Shown: positions 1 to 8,837 of the stretch, piece by piece
How positions within the stretch are numbered: position 1 is the stretch's first letter
Layout of the letters: each line of letters begins with the position of its first letter
From: Deltaproteobacteria bacterium
GTDB lineage: Bacteria > Desulfobacterota > JAJRXV01
NCBI GenBank assembly: GCA_024275075.1
Contig: JAJRZU010000157.1
Location: 1-23,566, forward strand
Length of the DNA: 23,566 bases
Reading direction: 5' to 3'
Notes under the pieces: generated by a model
Told to the model about the DNA's origin: nothing
Seen by the model: only the letters and a program-made list of their open reading frames with translations
Databases searched by the model: none
Program-made: the position numbers and the translations under genes

Positions 1-1059
1 ACCTGGCAACTGCGGTTATCTGACTTCTCTGAAGAGGAGATGGGAATAGGCGAGGTGATAATTCACAACATCAACGATGATGGTTACTTGTCCGTAACTA
101 CTGCTGATCTGGCAGATACATACAGCTATATGGAGGAGAGTGTATTAGATGTCCTTAAAAAGATCCAGAACTTTGACCCGTTAGGCGTCGGCTCAAGGGA
201 TTTGAAGGAGAACCTTTTAAAACAGGCGGAAAGTTACAATCTGGATAACCCGATAGTCATCAGAATTATCAAAGAGCATTTGGGCAACCTTGAGAAGAGG
301 AACTATAAGGCGATAGCAAAGTCTTTATGCGCCCATATAGATGATGTTTACAGTGCGTGCAAGATAATCATATCGATGGAGCCAAGGCCGGGCAGGGTAT
401 TTTCCACAGAGTACGTGCAATATATAACACCGGATATTTACTTGTTTAAAGTAGGTGATAAATACGTCATATCGCTGAACGAGGACGGCCTGCCAAAGCT
501 GAGGGTCAGTCAGTATTACAAAAGAATATTACAAAACGGCAGTAATAATGAGAGTTCTAAGGTAACAAGGGAGTATATTCACAAAAAGCTGCGGTCGGCT
601 GAATGGCTGATAAAGAGTATTCACCAGAGGCAAAGGACTATTTACAAAGTAGCGGAGAGTATCCTTAAGTTCCAGAAGGATTTCTTTGAAAAAGGGGTAG
701 GGCACTTGAAACCGCTTATATTACGTGATGTCGCCAGTGATATTGAGCGGCACGAATCCACTGTAAGCAGGGTTACAAGCAATAAGTACATTTATACGCC
801 GCATGGGTTGTTCAAGTTAAACTACTTTTTCACGAATTCGGTTGATACAATAACCGGTAATGAGCGGGTCGCGACAGAGAACGTTAAGGAGCTTATTAAA
901 GAACTGATCGCTAAGGAGGATAAGAAGAAGCCTCTTAGCGACCAGAAGATATCGAGCGTATTAAAAGATGAAAATATTATCATAGCGAGGAGGACGGTTG
1001 CAAAGTATCGGGAAAACTTAAAAATATTACCATCAAAGATGAGGAAGCGGGCATTTTAA
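1..1059 (+). CDS. rpoN: RNA polymerase sigma-54 factor RpoN, C-terminal part (5' end lies outside the window)
   Basis: The frame is open from base 1 and the ORF table lists 40..1059. The C-terminal 'ARRTVAKYRE' matches the RpoN box. The DNA-binding helix-turn-helix region and the core-binding region look sigma-54-like. Stop is TAA. Confidence 0.85.
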   Translation, partial: TWQLRLSDFSEEEMGIGEVIIHNINDDGYLSVTTADLADTYSYMEESVLDVLKKIQNFDPLGVGSRDLKENLLKQAESYNLDNPIVIRIIKEHLGNLEKRNYKAIAKSLCAHIDDVYSACKIIISMEPRPGRVFSTEYVQYITPDIYLFKVGDKYVISLNEDGLPKLRVSQYYKRILQNGSNNESSKVTREYIHKKLRSAEWLIKSIHQRQRTIYKVAESILKFQKDFFEKGVGHLKPLILRDVASDIERHESTVSRVTSNKYIYTPHGLFKLNYFFTNSVDTITGNERVATENVKELIKELIAKEDKKKPLSDQKISSVLKDENIIIARRTVAKYRENLKILPSKMRKRAF

Positions 1060-1131
1060 GCTTTGATGACAAACGCGGTATAGTTCATTAAGCATGTTTT
1101 ATTATTTATTTATTGTAACGGAGGTTAATAA

Positions 1132-1674
1132 ATGCAAATATTAGTTACTTTCAGACATATGGATGCCACGCAGGCTCTTAAGGCATATGCTGAAGAAAAA
1201 ATAGCACGTGTTAAGAAATATTTATTTGACCCTATAGATGTACATGTGGTCTTAGCTGTTGAGAAAAAGAGGCATATGGCGGAGATAACCATTGTCACTA
1301 ATGGTATCACAATATACGCGGAGGAAGAGACGTTAGATATGTATTCTGCCATAGACGTCACAATTGACAAAATCGAGCGTCAGGTAAAAAAATATAAAGA
1401 GAAGATCAAAGGGAAAAAATCAAATCATAGCAAGAGGCTTAGTGTCAAAATGCAGGTAGTGTCGTCAGAGAGTATTGAATCTGATACAGGGCATAAAGTC
1501 ATCAAGAACAAAAGGTTTTTTGTAAAACCGATGTCTGTAGAGGAAGCGGTCATGCAGATGGACCTTATCCATAATGATTTCTTAGTATTTACTAATGCAA
1601 CATCAGATGAGATCAACGTCATATACAGAAGAAAAGATGGTGATTACGGGCTTATAGAGCCTTACGACGCTTAA
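1132..1674 (+). CDS. hpf: ribosome hibernation promoting factor, long form (sigma-54 modulation protein)
   Basis: The 180 aa protein begins MQILVTFRHMDATQALKAYAEEKIARVKKY, typical of the HPF/RaiA family. It sits at the canonical position directly after rpoN. A strong RBS (ggaggttaataaATG) precedes it. Confidence 0.85.
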   Translation: MQILVTFRHMDATQALKAYAEEKIARVKKYLFDPIDVHVVLAVEKKRHMAEITIVTNGITIYAEEETLDMYSAIDVTIDKIERQVKKYKEKIKGKKSNHSKRLSVKMQVVSSESIESDTGHKVIKNKRFFVKPMSVEEAVMQMDLIHNDFLVFTNATSDEINVIYRRKDGDYGLIEPYDA

Positions 1675-1681
1675 GTGGAAT

Positions 1682-2149
1682 ATGAATATTAGAGATCTAT
1701 TAAACGAAGAAAACATAATTGTAGACTTAAAGGCAACGCTAAAAACGGATGTCTTAAAGGAGCTGGCTACTAAATTAGTCTTGGCGAACCCTGATATTGA
1801 TCTGAATCTCTTGACCGAAAAATTAATCGAGCGGGAGAATCTGAGCAGTACCGGTATTGGGGAGGGTATCGCTATACCGCACTGTAAGTATCAGAACCTC
1901 GGGGGGATACTTATGTCGTTTGGAAGAAGCCTGGCGGGCGTTGATTTCGATTCCATTGACAAAAGGCCGGCAAAGATATTCTTCTTGCTGGTCGCGCCGG
2001 ACACACCAAAGGCGGCCGGTGAGCACTTGCGCACATTAGCGAAAATCACGAGGATATTAAAAAGCAGTGACTTTAGAGATGCCTTGATGTCTGTGGCGAC
2101 CGAGAAGGAAATCTATAAGATGATCGCGATAGAAGATGAGAAATTTTAG
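1682..2149 (+). CDS. ptsN: PTS EIIA-Ntr nitrogen regulatory protein (fructose/mannitol-type EIIA domain)
   Basis: 155 aa with the GIAIPHC active-site His motif of PTS EIIA type 2. It occupies the standard position between hpf and hprK/rapZ. Stop is TAG. Confidence 0.8.
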   Translation: MNIRDLLNEENIIVDLKATLKTDVLKELATKLVLANPDIDLNLLTEKLIERENLSSTGIGEGIAIPHCKYQNLGGILMSFGRSLAGVDFDSIDKRPAKIFFLLVAPDTPKAAGEHLRTLAKITRILKSSDFRDALMSVATEKEIYKMIAIEDEKF

Positions 2150-2173
2150 GCTAAAGTCAGGAAAGCAAGGTTG

Positions 2174-3121
2174 ATGAATTCCATTTCGGTAGAGGAATTA
2201 CTAAAAGAGAAGGGTAAAGATTTTCATTTACAACTCACCGAAGCGGATAAAGGTCTGACCAACAAAATATCCACGCCAAGGATCCAGAAACTTGGCATAG
2301 CCTTAACCGGTTATACCAAATTCCTGCGCCCTAACCGCATACAGATAATCGGGAACACGGAATTATCATACCTTAAGACGCTTGCTCCGCCAGAAAGAAA
2401 GGAGCGGATAAAAAAGGTCTGCGGCAAAGAAGATATCGCCGCGTTTGTCATCACGAAGAATCTGCGGATCCCGAAATTTCTACTCCAGCAGGCGAAGAGC
2501 CAGAAGATACCGGTGCTCAGGACATCTGCGGATACTGCCGCATTCATTACTATCATTACAAGGTATTTAGAAGATGTGCTCTCGCCTTCTACCGTCATAC
2601 ATGGTGTTTTACTTGAGATATTTGGTGTCGGGACGCTTCTGATCGGCAAATCCGGTATCGGTAAAAGTGAGAGCGCGTTAGACCTAGTGCTAAAGGGACA
2701 TCGGCTCGTTGCTGACGATATTGTAAATATAAAGAAGAGGGCGCAGACAGTCCTTCTCGGGGCGGGCGCGGAGCTGATCAAGCATCACATGGAGGTTCGC
2801 GTGCTGGGCATCATCAACATCAAGGACCTGTTCGGCAGCGCTTCTGTCAAGGATATCCAGAAGATAGAGCTTGTCATATATTTATCTGAATGGGATAATA
2901 TGAAAGAATACGACAGGCTTGGTATCGATGAGGAGCAGTATAATATCCTTGATGTTAAGATGCCATTATTGAATATTCCTGTTACGCCAGGCAGGAATAT
3001 GACGACGATCATAGAGGTGGCGTGCAGAAACTTCCTGCTCAAGCAGATGGGTTGCAACTCTGCGCTAAACTTCCATAATGAACTACTGAAGCGGATTCAG
3101 GAAAAAACACTGCATGAATAG
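2174..3121 (+). CDS. hprK: HPr kinase/phosphorylase
   Basis: P-loop GKSGIGKSE. The HprK C-terminal catalytic-domain motifs (LIGKSGIGKSE...ADD, HHMEVRV.GI) are conserved. Length is about 315 aa. The ORF table starts at TTG 2171 and the first ATG is at 2174. Confidence 0.85.
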   Translation: MNSISVEELLKEKGKDFHLQLTEADKGLTNKISTPRIQKLGIALTGYTKFLRPNRIQIIGNTELSYLKTLAPPERKERIKKVCGKEDIAAFVITKNLRIPKFLLQQAKSQKIPVLRTSADTAAFITIITRYLEDVLSPSTVIHGVLLEIFGVGTLLIGKSGIGKSESALDLVLKGHRLVADDIVNIKKRAQTVLLGAGAELIKHHMEVRVLGIINIKDLFGSASVKDIQKIELVIYLSEWDNMKEYDRLGIDEEQYNILDVKMPLLNIPVTPGRNMTTIIEVACRNFLLKQMGCNSALNFHNELLKRIQEKTLHE

Positions 3122-3992
3122 CATTAATATTGTCATAGTAACAGGTCTTTCGGGCTCGGGGAAGTCCACTGTTCTAAAAGTCCTTGAGGATTTAGGGTTC
3201 TTTTGCGTCGATAACCTGCCTGTAGTTTTATTCAATAAATTCCTTGAGTTATGTACGCAGACCACCGGTAACCTGAACAAAGTCGCAATCGGTATGGATA
3301 TCAGAGAGAGGGATTTCTTCAAAGATTACCCCTTGACTTTTAAGGAGTTAAGGGAGGCCGGCTATGATTTTGAGCTGATGTTTTTAGACTGTTCCAGCGA
3401 TGTCATTCTAAGGCGGTTCAGCGAAACGCGCCGCAAACACCCGTTAGAAGGCGGGGGCTCTGTACTTGACAGCATATCAAGGGAAAGACTCAAATTAGCG
3501 GAACTAAAGGATATTGCTACAAAAATAATAGATACGACAAAAATAAACGTTCACGAGCTGAAAAACGAGGTGCGAAAATACTACTCGGATTATTCATCAC
3601 TGCACGCGATGAAGATCACATTGGTATCGTTCGGTTACAAAAATGGCGTACCGACCCCGGCGGATATTGTTATTGATGTGAGGTTCATGACCAATCCATT
3701 CTTTGTCCCTGAGTTAAAGCACCTGACCGGTCTGGATCAAGAGATACGCGATTTCTTGTTTAAAGACAATGATATCGCAAATAGTTTTATCGATAAGTTC
3801 CTCGATTTCCTGAGCTTTTTGATACCGCTGTATGAAAAAGAGGGGAAAAAGTACCTGACGATCGCTATTGGTTGCACAGGTGGCCAGCACCGGTCCGTAG
3901 CTGTTGTGAACAACATATCATCATTGCTGAAAAAAGATTATGAAGAAATAATTGTCACACATAAAGATTTGATTTATAATAAGGAAAAATGA
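3114..3992 (+). CDS. rapZ: RNase adapter protein RapZ (YhbJ/YvcJ family P-loop NTPase)
   Basis: N-terminal Walker A VTGLSGSGKST and the C-terminal domain of the YhbJ family. It overlaps the hprK stop, and ATGA overlaps the next gene. Confidence 0.85.
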   Translation: MNSINIVIVTGLSGSGKSTVLKVLEDLGFFCVDNLPVVLFNKFLELCTQTTGNLNKVAIGMDIRERDFFKDYPLTFKELREAGYDFELMFLDCSSDVILRRFSETRRKHPLEGGGSVLDSISRERLKLAELKDIATKIIDTTKINVHELKNEVRKYYSDYSSLHAMKITLVSFGYKNGVPTPADIVIDVRFMTNPFFVPELKHLTGLDQEIRDFLFKDNDIANSFIDKFLDFLSFLIPLYEKEGKKYLTIAIGCTGGQHRSVAVVNNISSLLKKDYEEIIVTHKDLIYNKEK

Positions 3993-4309
3993 AAGGGAAC
4001 TCGCTTATGGTAGGTATCGTAATCGTAACTCACGGGGAGCTCGCCCACCACCTATTAGAGACGGCAAAAGGCATTGTGGGCGAAGCCAGGCAGGTTGCGA
4101 CGCTCTCTGTCTCTGCTAATAAAGAGATTGCAAAGATAAGGAGTGATCTTTCTGACGCGATTCAAAATGTCGATACGGGTGACGGGGTGTTGATACTGAC
4201 CGATATGTTCGGGGGGACGCCGTCAAACATCAGCCTCTCTTTCTTGAACGAGAAGGAGGTTGAGGTTGTGACAGGGGTCAACCTGCCGATGCTTATAAAG
4301 CTCCTATAG
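3989..4309 (+). CDS. PTS mannose/fructose/sorbose-family EIIA component, interrupted by an in-frame TAG at 4307-4309 (the open part is 106 aa)
   Basis: MVGIVIVTHGELAHH contains the EIIA-Man phosphorylatable His. The ORF stops at TAG 4307-4309. The same frame continues for 41 more codons that resemble the EIIA-Man C-terminus, reaching TGA 4433-4435. See the next feature. Confidence 0.75.
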   Translation: MKGNSLMVGIVIVTHGELAHHLLETAKGIVGEARQVATLSVSANKEIAKIRSDLSDAIQNVDTGDGVLILTDMFGGTPSNISLSFLNEKEVEVVTGVNLPMLIKLL

Positions 4310-4435
4310 ATGCAAGAGAAGAACGAGCTATACTCGCTGGCAAAGAAGATAGAGGTATATGGCAAGAATAACATATACTTAGCAAGTGAAATTCTAAAGA
4401 GCAGGATCGATGTTTCAAAGGGTGGGGAAAATTGA
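4310..4435 (+). other. C-terminal 41 codons of the EIIA-Man gene, in the same frame directly after the internal TAG
   Basis: 4310-4432 encodes MQEKNELYSLAKKIEVYGKNNIYLASEILKSRIDVSKGGEN. It is in frame with 3989 and ends at TGA 4433-4435. That stop overlaps the TTG start of the EIIB gene at 4432, so the ATTGA junction is coupled. The combined length of 147 aa matches a normal EIIA-Man. Confidence 0.6.
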
Positions 4436-4929
4436 GTATTGTCCTTGCAAGAGTTGACAACAGGTTAGTCCATGGGCAGGTGCTTGAGACGTGGGTGCCT
4501 TTCACCAAGGCCAACAGTATTATTGTGCTCAATGACGATGTCTACAATAACCAGTTGCAAAGAGGTATCATACAGTCATGCGTACCGTCATATATTGAAG
4601 TGCTGATCAAAAGAATAGAGGATGTACCGTCGCTTCTTGATTACATATACAGCTCAAATATTAGGTGCATTATACTCTTTTTCAATATTCACGATGCGCT
4701 TGCAGCCTATAAAAGCGGGTTGGCGTTTAATAAACTGAATTTAGGTAATATACATTGCCATACCGGCAGGCGGCAGGTGACCCGTACGATCTACCTGAAC
4801 AATGAGGATATAGAAGGATTAAAGGTGCTTGAGGGGATGAGCATCAAGATAGAGATAAAAACCGTACCACAGGAGAAGGGGGCGGATTTCTTCAAAAAAG
4901 TCGCGAAGATATCCTCATGGGCAAAATGA
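4432..4929 (+). CDS. PTS mannose-family EIIB component
   Basis: LARVDNRLVHGQV is the EIIB-Man/sorbose phospho-His motif. TTG start. Stop is TGA, and it overlaps the EIIC start (ATGGGCAAAATGA). Confidence 0.8.
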   Translation: MSIVLARVDNRLVHGQVLETWVPFTKANSIIVLNDDVYNNQLQRGIIQSCVPSYIEVLIKRIEDVPSLLDYIYSSNIRCIILFFNIHDALAAYKSGLAFNKLNLGNIHCHTGRRQVTRTIYLNNEDIEGLKVLEGMSIKIEIKTVPQEKGADFFKKVAKISSWAK

Positions 4930-5615
4930 TTGATATACTTACTGTAAGTTTATTAGGCGCTCTTTTGTCGCTGGACAGAACGGCGGTGCTGCAATCCATG
5001 ATAGCAAGGCCGATTGTGACAGCCCCACTAATAGGACTCTTGTTAGGGGATGTCTACACCGGGATTGTCATCGGTGCGGCGCTCGAGCTCTTGTGGATAT
5101 CGTTACTGCCGCTTGGCGCATATATACCGCCTGACGAGAATCTGGCGGCGGTTCTGACCACTTCTTGCACGATAATCGGTATGAGGAGCATAAACGTTGA
5201 GCTTCATAACGCGTTCATTGTGTTGAACATATTGTTTTTTATACCTTTCGCCTATTTTGGGAGGACGGTTGACAAATATGTCAGGATCATTAACAACAGG
5301 CTCTCAAATATCGCTGAAAGAGAGTGTGATAATTTTAATTTCACAAAAGTCGAGGCGATGAACATTGCAGGGATGCTGGTATTCTACGCATTGAATTTTA
5401 TTACGATATTTATTCTCTTGTCGATGACTGTAAACATAACGCCGGCTATTTACAATGTGTTGCCGGTATTCTTTACCGATGGACTTGAGATTGCCTATCC
5501 GGTATTCCTGATAGTCGGTGCGGCGGCGGCGCTCTGGGGCAATAAAACGAAAAACTCGTTCATCACTTTTACTGTATCGTTTTTATTGTTTTCGATTATC
5601 CTTGAATTATTATAG
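4917..5615 (+). CDS. PTS mannose-family EIIC membrane component
   Basis: 232 aa multi-pass membrane protein. GDVYTGIVIGAALELLWIS is typical of ManY/AgaW-like EIIC. Stop is TAG. Confidence 0.75.
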   Translation: MGKMIDILTVSLLGALLSLDRTAVLQSMIARPIVTAPLIGLLLGDVYTGIVIGAALELLWISLLPLGAYIPPDENLAAVLTTSCTIIGMRSINVELHNAFIVLNILFFIPFAYFGRTVDKYVRIINNRLSNIAERECDNFNFTKVEAMNIAGMLVFYALNFITIFILLSMTVNITPAIYNVLPVFFTDGLEIAYPVFLIVGAAAALWGNKTKNSFITFTVSFLLFSIILELL

Positions 5616-5625
5616 CAGGTGGAAA

Positions 5626-6423
5626 ATGGTTGTCATTGTAAAAAAGAAGATGAGCTTATTGTTGCTGATGAGGGTACTCGTAAGGAGTCTCTTTATCCAG
5701 TCCGGCTGGAATTTCAAGAAGATGCAGAACCTCGGATTCGCGTTCAGCATCATACCGGCGCTCAAGAGGATATATGGCGATAAGAGCGAGGAGTTGCAGG
5801 CGGCGGTAAAAAGGCACCTTATCTTCTACAATTCTCATCCGTACCTCTCGGCGCCTATATTAGGCGCCACGATCAGCCTTGAGGAGGAGTATAAACTAAC
5901 GGGCGCCGGTATGGAGAACATAAATATCTTCAAGAACAGCATGATGGGTATATGCGGCGGGGTAGGGGACACTTTCTTTTGGGGCGTTGCAAGACCCGTT
6001 GCAGGTTTGTTAGGCGTTATATTGGCGCTCACGGCATATAACATATACGCACCGGTTGCATGTCTCGTATTATATAACATCGTTCATCTGACTTTCAGGG
6101 CGGCTACTTTTTTTTCCAGCTACAAAAACGGGACAGCAGTGACTAAGACAATAATGAAGATCAATCTGAGGACGCAGACGCAAAGACTCAAGAAGCTGGA
6201 GATAGTGTTACTCGGTGCGCTTTTGGCGTTGATAAAAAATAAATTTGTCATTTGCAACTTTGATGTGGTAACTTATAATTTTATCGCGATTTTATTGTTT
6301 ATTTTGATTTTTTTCATTTTATACTTTTTAATTAACAAAAATATTAGTCCGGCGCTGATTGTATATATAGCGGTAACTGCTGTAATATTAATTAGTTATA
6401 TATATAATTCATCGCTCGCTTAA
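5626..6423 (+). CDS. PTS mannose-family EIID membrane component
   Basis: SGWNFKKMQNLGFAFSIIPALKRIY...HLIFYNSHPY...APILGATISLEE aligns along its length with ManZ-type EIID. An RBS (caggtgg) precedes ATG 5626. The ORF table start at 5518 is an upstream in-frame extension that overlaps EIIC. The AT-rich 3' end encodes extra TM helices. Confidence 0.8.
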   Translation: MVVIVKKKMSLLLLMRVLVRSLFIQSGWNFKKMQNLGFAFSIIPALKRIYGDKSEELQAAVKRHLIFYNSHPYLSAPILGATISLEEEYKLTGAGMENINIFKNSMMGICGGVGDTFFWGVARPVAGLLGVILALTAYNIYAPVACLVLYNIVHLTFRAATFFSSYKNGTAVTKTIMKINLRTQTQRLKKLEIVLLGALLALIKNKFVICNFDVVTYNFIAILLFILIFFILYFLINKNISPALIVYIAVTAVILISYIYNSSLA

Positions 6424-6435
6424 CAAGGGAGTTAT

Positions 6436-6708
6436 ATGGAATACGCAGAGATTTTTGAGATTAAGAACAAATTAGGGCTTCATGCGAAGGCAGCGGGGCT
6501 TTTTGTGCAGACGACAAACAAGTTCACCGCCGATTTTTACGTGAAAAAAGATGACATAGAGGTGAACGGTAAGAGCATTATGGGGCTTATGATGTTAGCG
6601 GCCGCGAAAGGGAGCAGGATTTTAGTCAGAGCCAGCGGCAGTGATGCGAAAGAGGGTTTAACTGAGATAAGAGAGCTTATTTTAAGAAAATTCGATGAGG
6701 AAGAATAG
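6436..6708 (+). CDS. ptsH: phosphocarrier protein HPr
   Basis: 90 aa with His15 in GLHAKAA and Ser46 in NGKSIMGLM, the HprK target. Ends with tandem stops TAG TAA. Confidence 0.85.
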   Translation: MEYAEIFEIKNKLGLHAKAAGLFVQTTNKFTADFYVKKDDIEVNGKSIMGLMMLAAAKGSRILVRASGSDAKEGLTEIRELILRKFDEEE

Positions 6709-6713
6709 TAAAT

Positions 6714-8489
6714 ATGAAACATGGAAATAAAATGTATAAGTTGCAGGGTATCGCTGTTTCCCCGGGGATTGTTACCGGTAAGGCGTACCTTTTGGACAGG
6801 AAAAGGGTAAGGCACATTGAAAAGCCGATAAAGGTGGAGAGTGTCGAGCATGAGACCCAAAGGTTCTTAGAGGCGGTTGAGAATTCAAAGAATCAGTTGA
6901 TATCCATTAAAGACAAAATAGCAGGCAGTAAAAGCAAAAAGCCGATCGGGCACGGGCATCTTTATATTATTGATATTCACCTGATGTTCTTAGAAGATAA
7001 GATGCTCATTGACGAAACGATAAATACGATCAGGAAGAAAGAGATAAACGCTGAATGGGCGCTGCGGCTGGTCGTAAAAAACATCCAAAAGGTATTTGAT
7101 AATATCGAAGACGAGTACTTCAAGGAAAGAAGTAGTGATATCATGCACATATCCGAGAGGATTATGAGGAATCTTGTCGGTAAGGAGGAGCAGAGCATTA
7201 TTGAGATCGATGAGGAGATCATAATAATCGCTCACGACCTCTCGCCGGCTGACACTGCACAGATGGCGCTTAACAAGGTAAAGGGGTTCCTCACCGATAT
7301 CGGTAGCAAGACCTCGCATACGGCGATTATGGCGCGCTCTTTGAAAATCCCCGCGATTGTCGGTTTAGAGCGTATAACTGACGTCATAAATGGCGGTGAC
7401 ATAATCATCATCGACGGGATCAGCGGGACGGTGATCATAAATCCGAACGCTGCCACGATAAAAGAGTATGACCAGAAGAAGCTAAACTACGATGAGTATG
7501 AGAAAAAGCTTTTTGTATACAAGAAATTGCCCGCTGTCACGAAGGACGGCAGGAGGATAATCCTAAGCGCAAATATTGAGCTGATTGACGAGATACCGAC
7601 TACCATTGAATATGGCGCCGAGGGGATCGGGTTATATAGAACAGAATTTCTGTATATGAACCGCAAGAATCTCCCTACCGAGGAGGAGCATTTTGAGGTG
7701 TACAAGAACCTCGTTGACGGCATCTCGCCATACCCGATCACAATAAGAACGCTTGACTTAGGCGGTGACAAGTTCATCTCCCAGATACAGCTGGCTGACG
7801 AGATGAACCCGGCAATGGGGCTAAGGGCAATCCGGTTCTGCCTCAAAGAGAAACAGATTTTCAAGACCCAGCTTCGGGCAATACTGCGCGCCAGCCATTA
7901 CGGTGAAATAAAGGTGATGTTCCCGATGATCTCTGGTATCCCTGAGATACGCGAGGCGAAGGGCATATTAGAAGAGGTGAAAACATCCCTTAAGCACGAC
8001 AAGACACCATTTGACGAAAATATTCAGGTCGGTATCATGGTGGAGATTCCCTCGGCCGTGACAATCGCGGATCTACTCGCAAAGGAGGTCGGGTTCTTCA
8101 GCATCGGGACTAACGATCTCATCCAGTACTCTCTGGCTATCGACAGGGTCAACGAACATGTCGCCTACCTGTACGAGCCATTGCATCCGGCTCTGCTCCG
8201 CACGATCAAGCACATCGTGGATACCGCCCATAATGCCGGTATCTCTGTCAGCATGTGCGGCGAGATGGCTGGTGAGCAGGAGTATATTCTCGTTCTACTG
8301 GCGCTCGGGCTCGACCAGCTCAGTATGAACTCGATGTCAATCCCGCGTGTTAAGAAGATCCTGCGCTCATCAAAGTACCATGACGCCAACGAAATTCTAA
8401 ATAACTGCTTCAAGATGTCTACCACCTACGAGATCGAAAAATATGTCCGACAGGAAATGCACACGATGTTCCCCGACGATTTTTCGTAG
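6714..8489 (+). CDS. ptsI: phosphoenolpyruvate-protein phosphotransferase (PTS Enzyme I)
   Basis: 591 aa. The N-terminal region IAVSPGIVTGKAYLL and the phospho-His domain (TSHTAIMARSLKIPAIVG), PEP-binding domain and C-terminal TIM-barrel motifs (GTNDLIQYSLAIDR, SMCGEMAG) are conserved. Confidence 0.9.
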   Translation: MKHGNKMYKLQGIAVSPGIVTGKAYLLDRKRVRHIEKPIKVESVEHETQRFLEAVENSKNQLISIKDKIAGSKSKKPIGHGHLYIIDIHLMFLEDKMLIDETINTIRKKEINAEWALRLVVKNIQKVFDNIEDEYFKERSSDIMHISERIMRNLVGKEEQSIIEIDEEIIIIAHDLSPADTAQMALNKVKGFLTDIGSKTSHTAIMARSLKIPAIVGLERITDVINGGDIIIIDGISGTVIINPNAATIKEYDQKKLNYDEYEKKLFVYKKLPAVTKDGRRIILSANIELIDEIPTTIEYGAEGIGLYRTEFLYMNRKNLPTEEEHFEVYKNLVDGISPYPITIRTLDLGGDKFISQIQLADEMNPAMGLRAIRFCLKEKQIFKTQLRAILRASHYGEIKVMFPMISGIPEIREAKGILEEVKTSLKHDKTPFDENIQVGIMVEIPSAVTIADLLAKEVGFFSIGTNDLIQYSLAIDRVNEHVAYLYEPLHPALLRTIKHIVDTAHNAGISVSMCGEMAGEQEYILVLLALGLDQLSMNSMSIPRVKKILRSSKYHDANEILNNCFKMSTTYEIEKYVRQEMHTMFPDDFS

Positions 8490-8837
8490 GCAGGGAATAG
8501 AGAATAGAAAATAGAGGGTAGGGCGTAGAGTATTGGCGGGGTAGGGGGATACAGTTTACACTACTACAACTACTTGCATATAGCGTACGGAGTATTGAAA
8601 AACAAAACGAGATTCGATGAAGTATTATACAAAAGATGATCCCGCTGGTGCACTATCTTTATTAGATATACAAGCTGAAAAAGGGTGGCATAATGAATTG
8701 ATCCTGTGAGTCCACCTCCATAACAGACTATAATCATTAGTTATATAAGAGAAGGGGGTGTAAATAGCCAGCAAAGCAACGACCGATAAGATATCTTATG
8801 TTAACTCACGCGTGGGGCTGACAAGCAGGGGAAATAA

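Noticed and set aside
1682-3121. PtsN-HprK fusion by readthrough of the ptsN TAG (the two ORFs are in the same frame with no intervening stop)
   Set aside because: The 21-nt spacer is too short for the lack of an in-frame stop to carry any weight on its own, and the frame match has a 1-in-3 chance. Both proteins have normal independent lengths, and hprK has its own ATG.
5518-5625. Long N-terminal extension of EIID overlapping EIIC (ORF table start 5518)
   Set aside because: The extension is Arg-rich junk read in an alternative frame of the EIIC 3' end. A good RBS and ATG at 5626 follow the EIIC stop.
6230-6423. AT-rich 3' end of the EIID gene as foreign insertion or fusion
   Set aside because: The encoded hydrophobic segments align with the final TM helices of ManZ-type EIID, with only the soluble loop shortened. 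It is compositional bias of TM codons rather than an insertion.
8690-8712. Sigma-54-like TGGCAT-N5-ATTGA in the ptsI to aminotransferase gap
   Set aside because: The -12 element has TG instead of GC and no gene lies downstream on that strand. It is a chance match.
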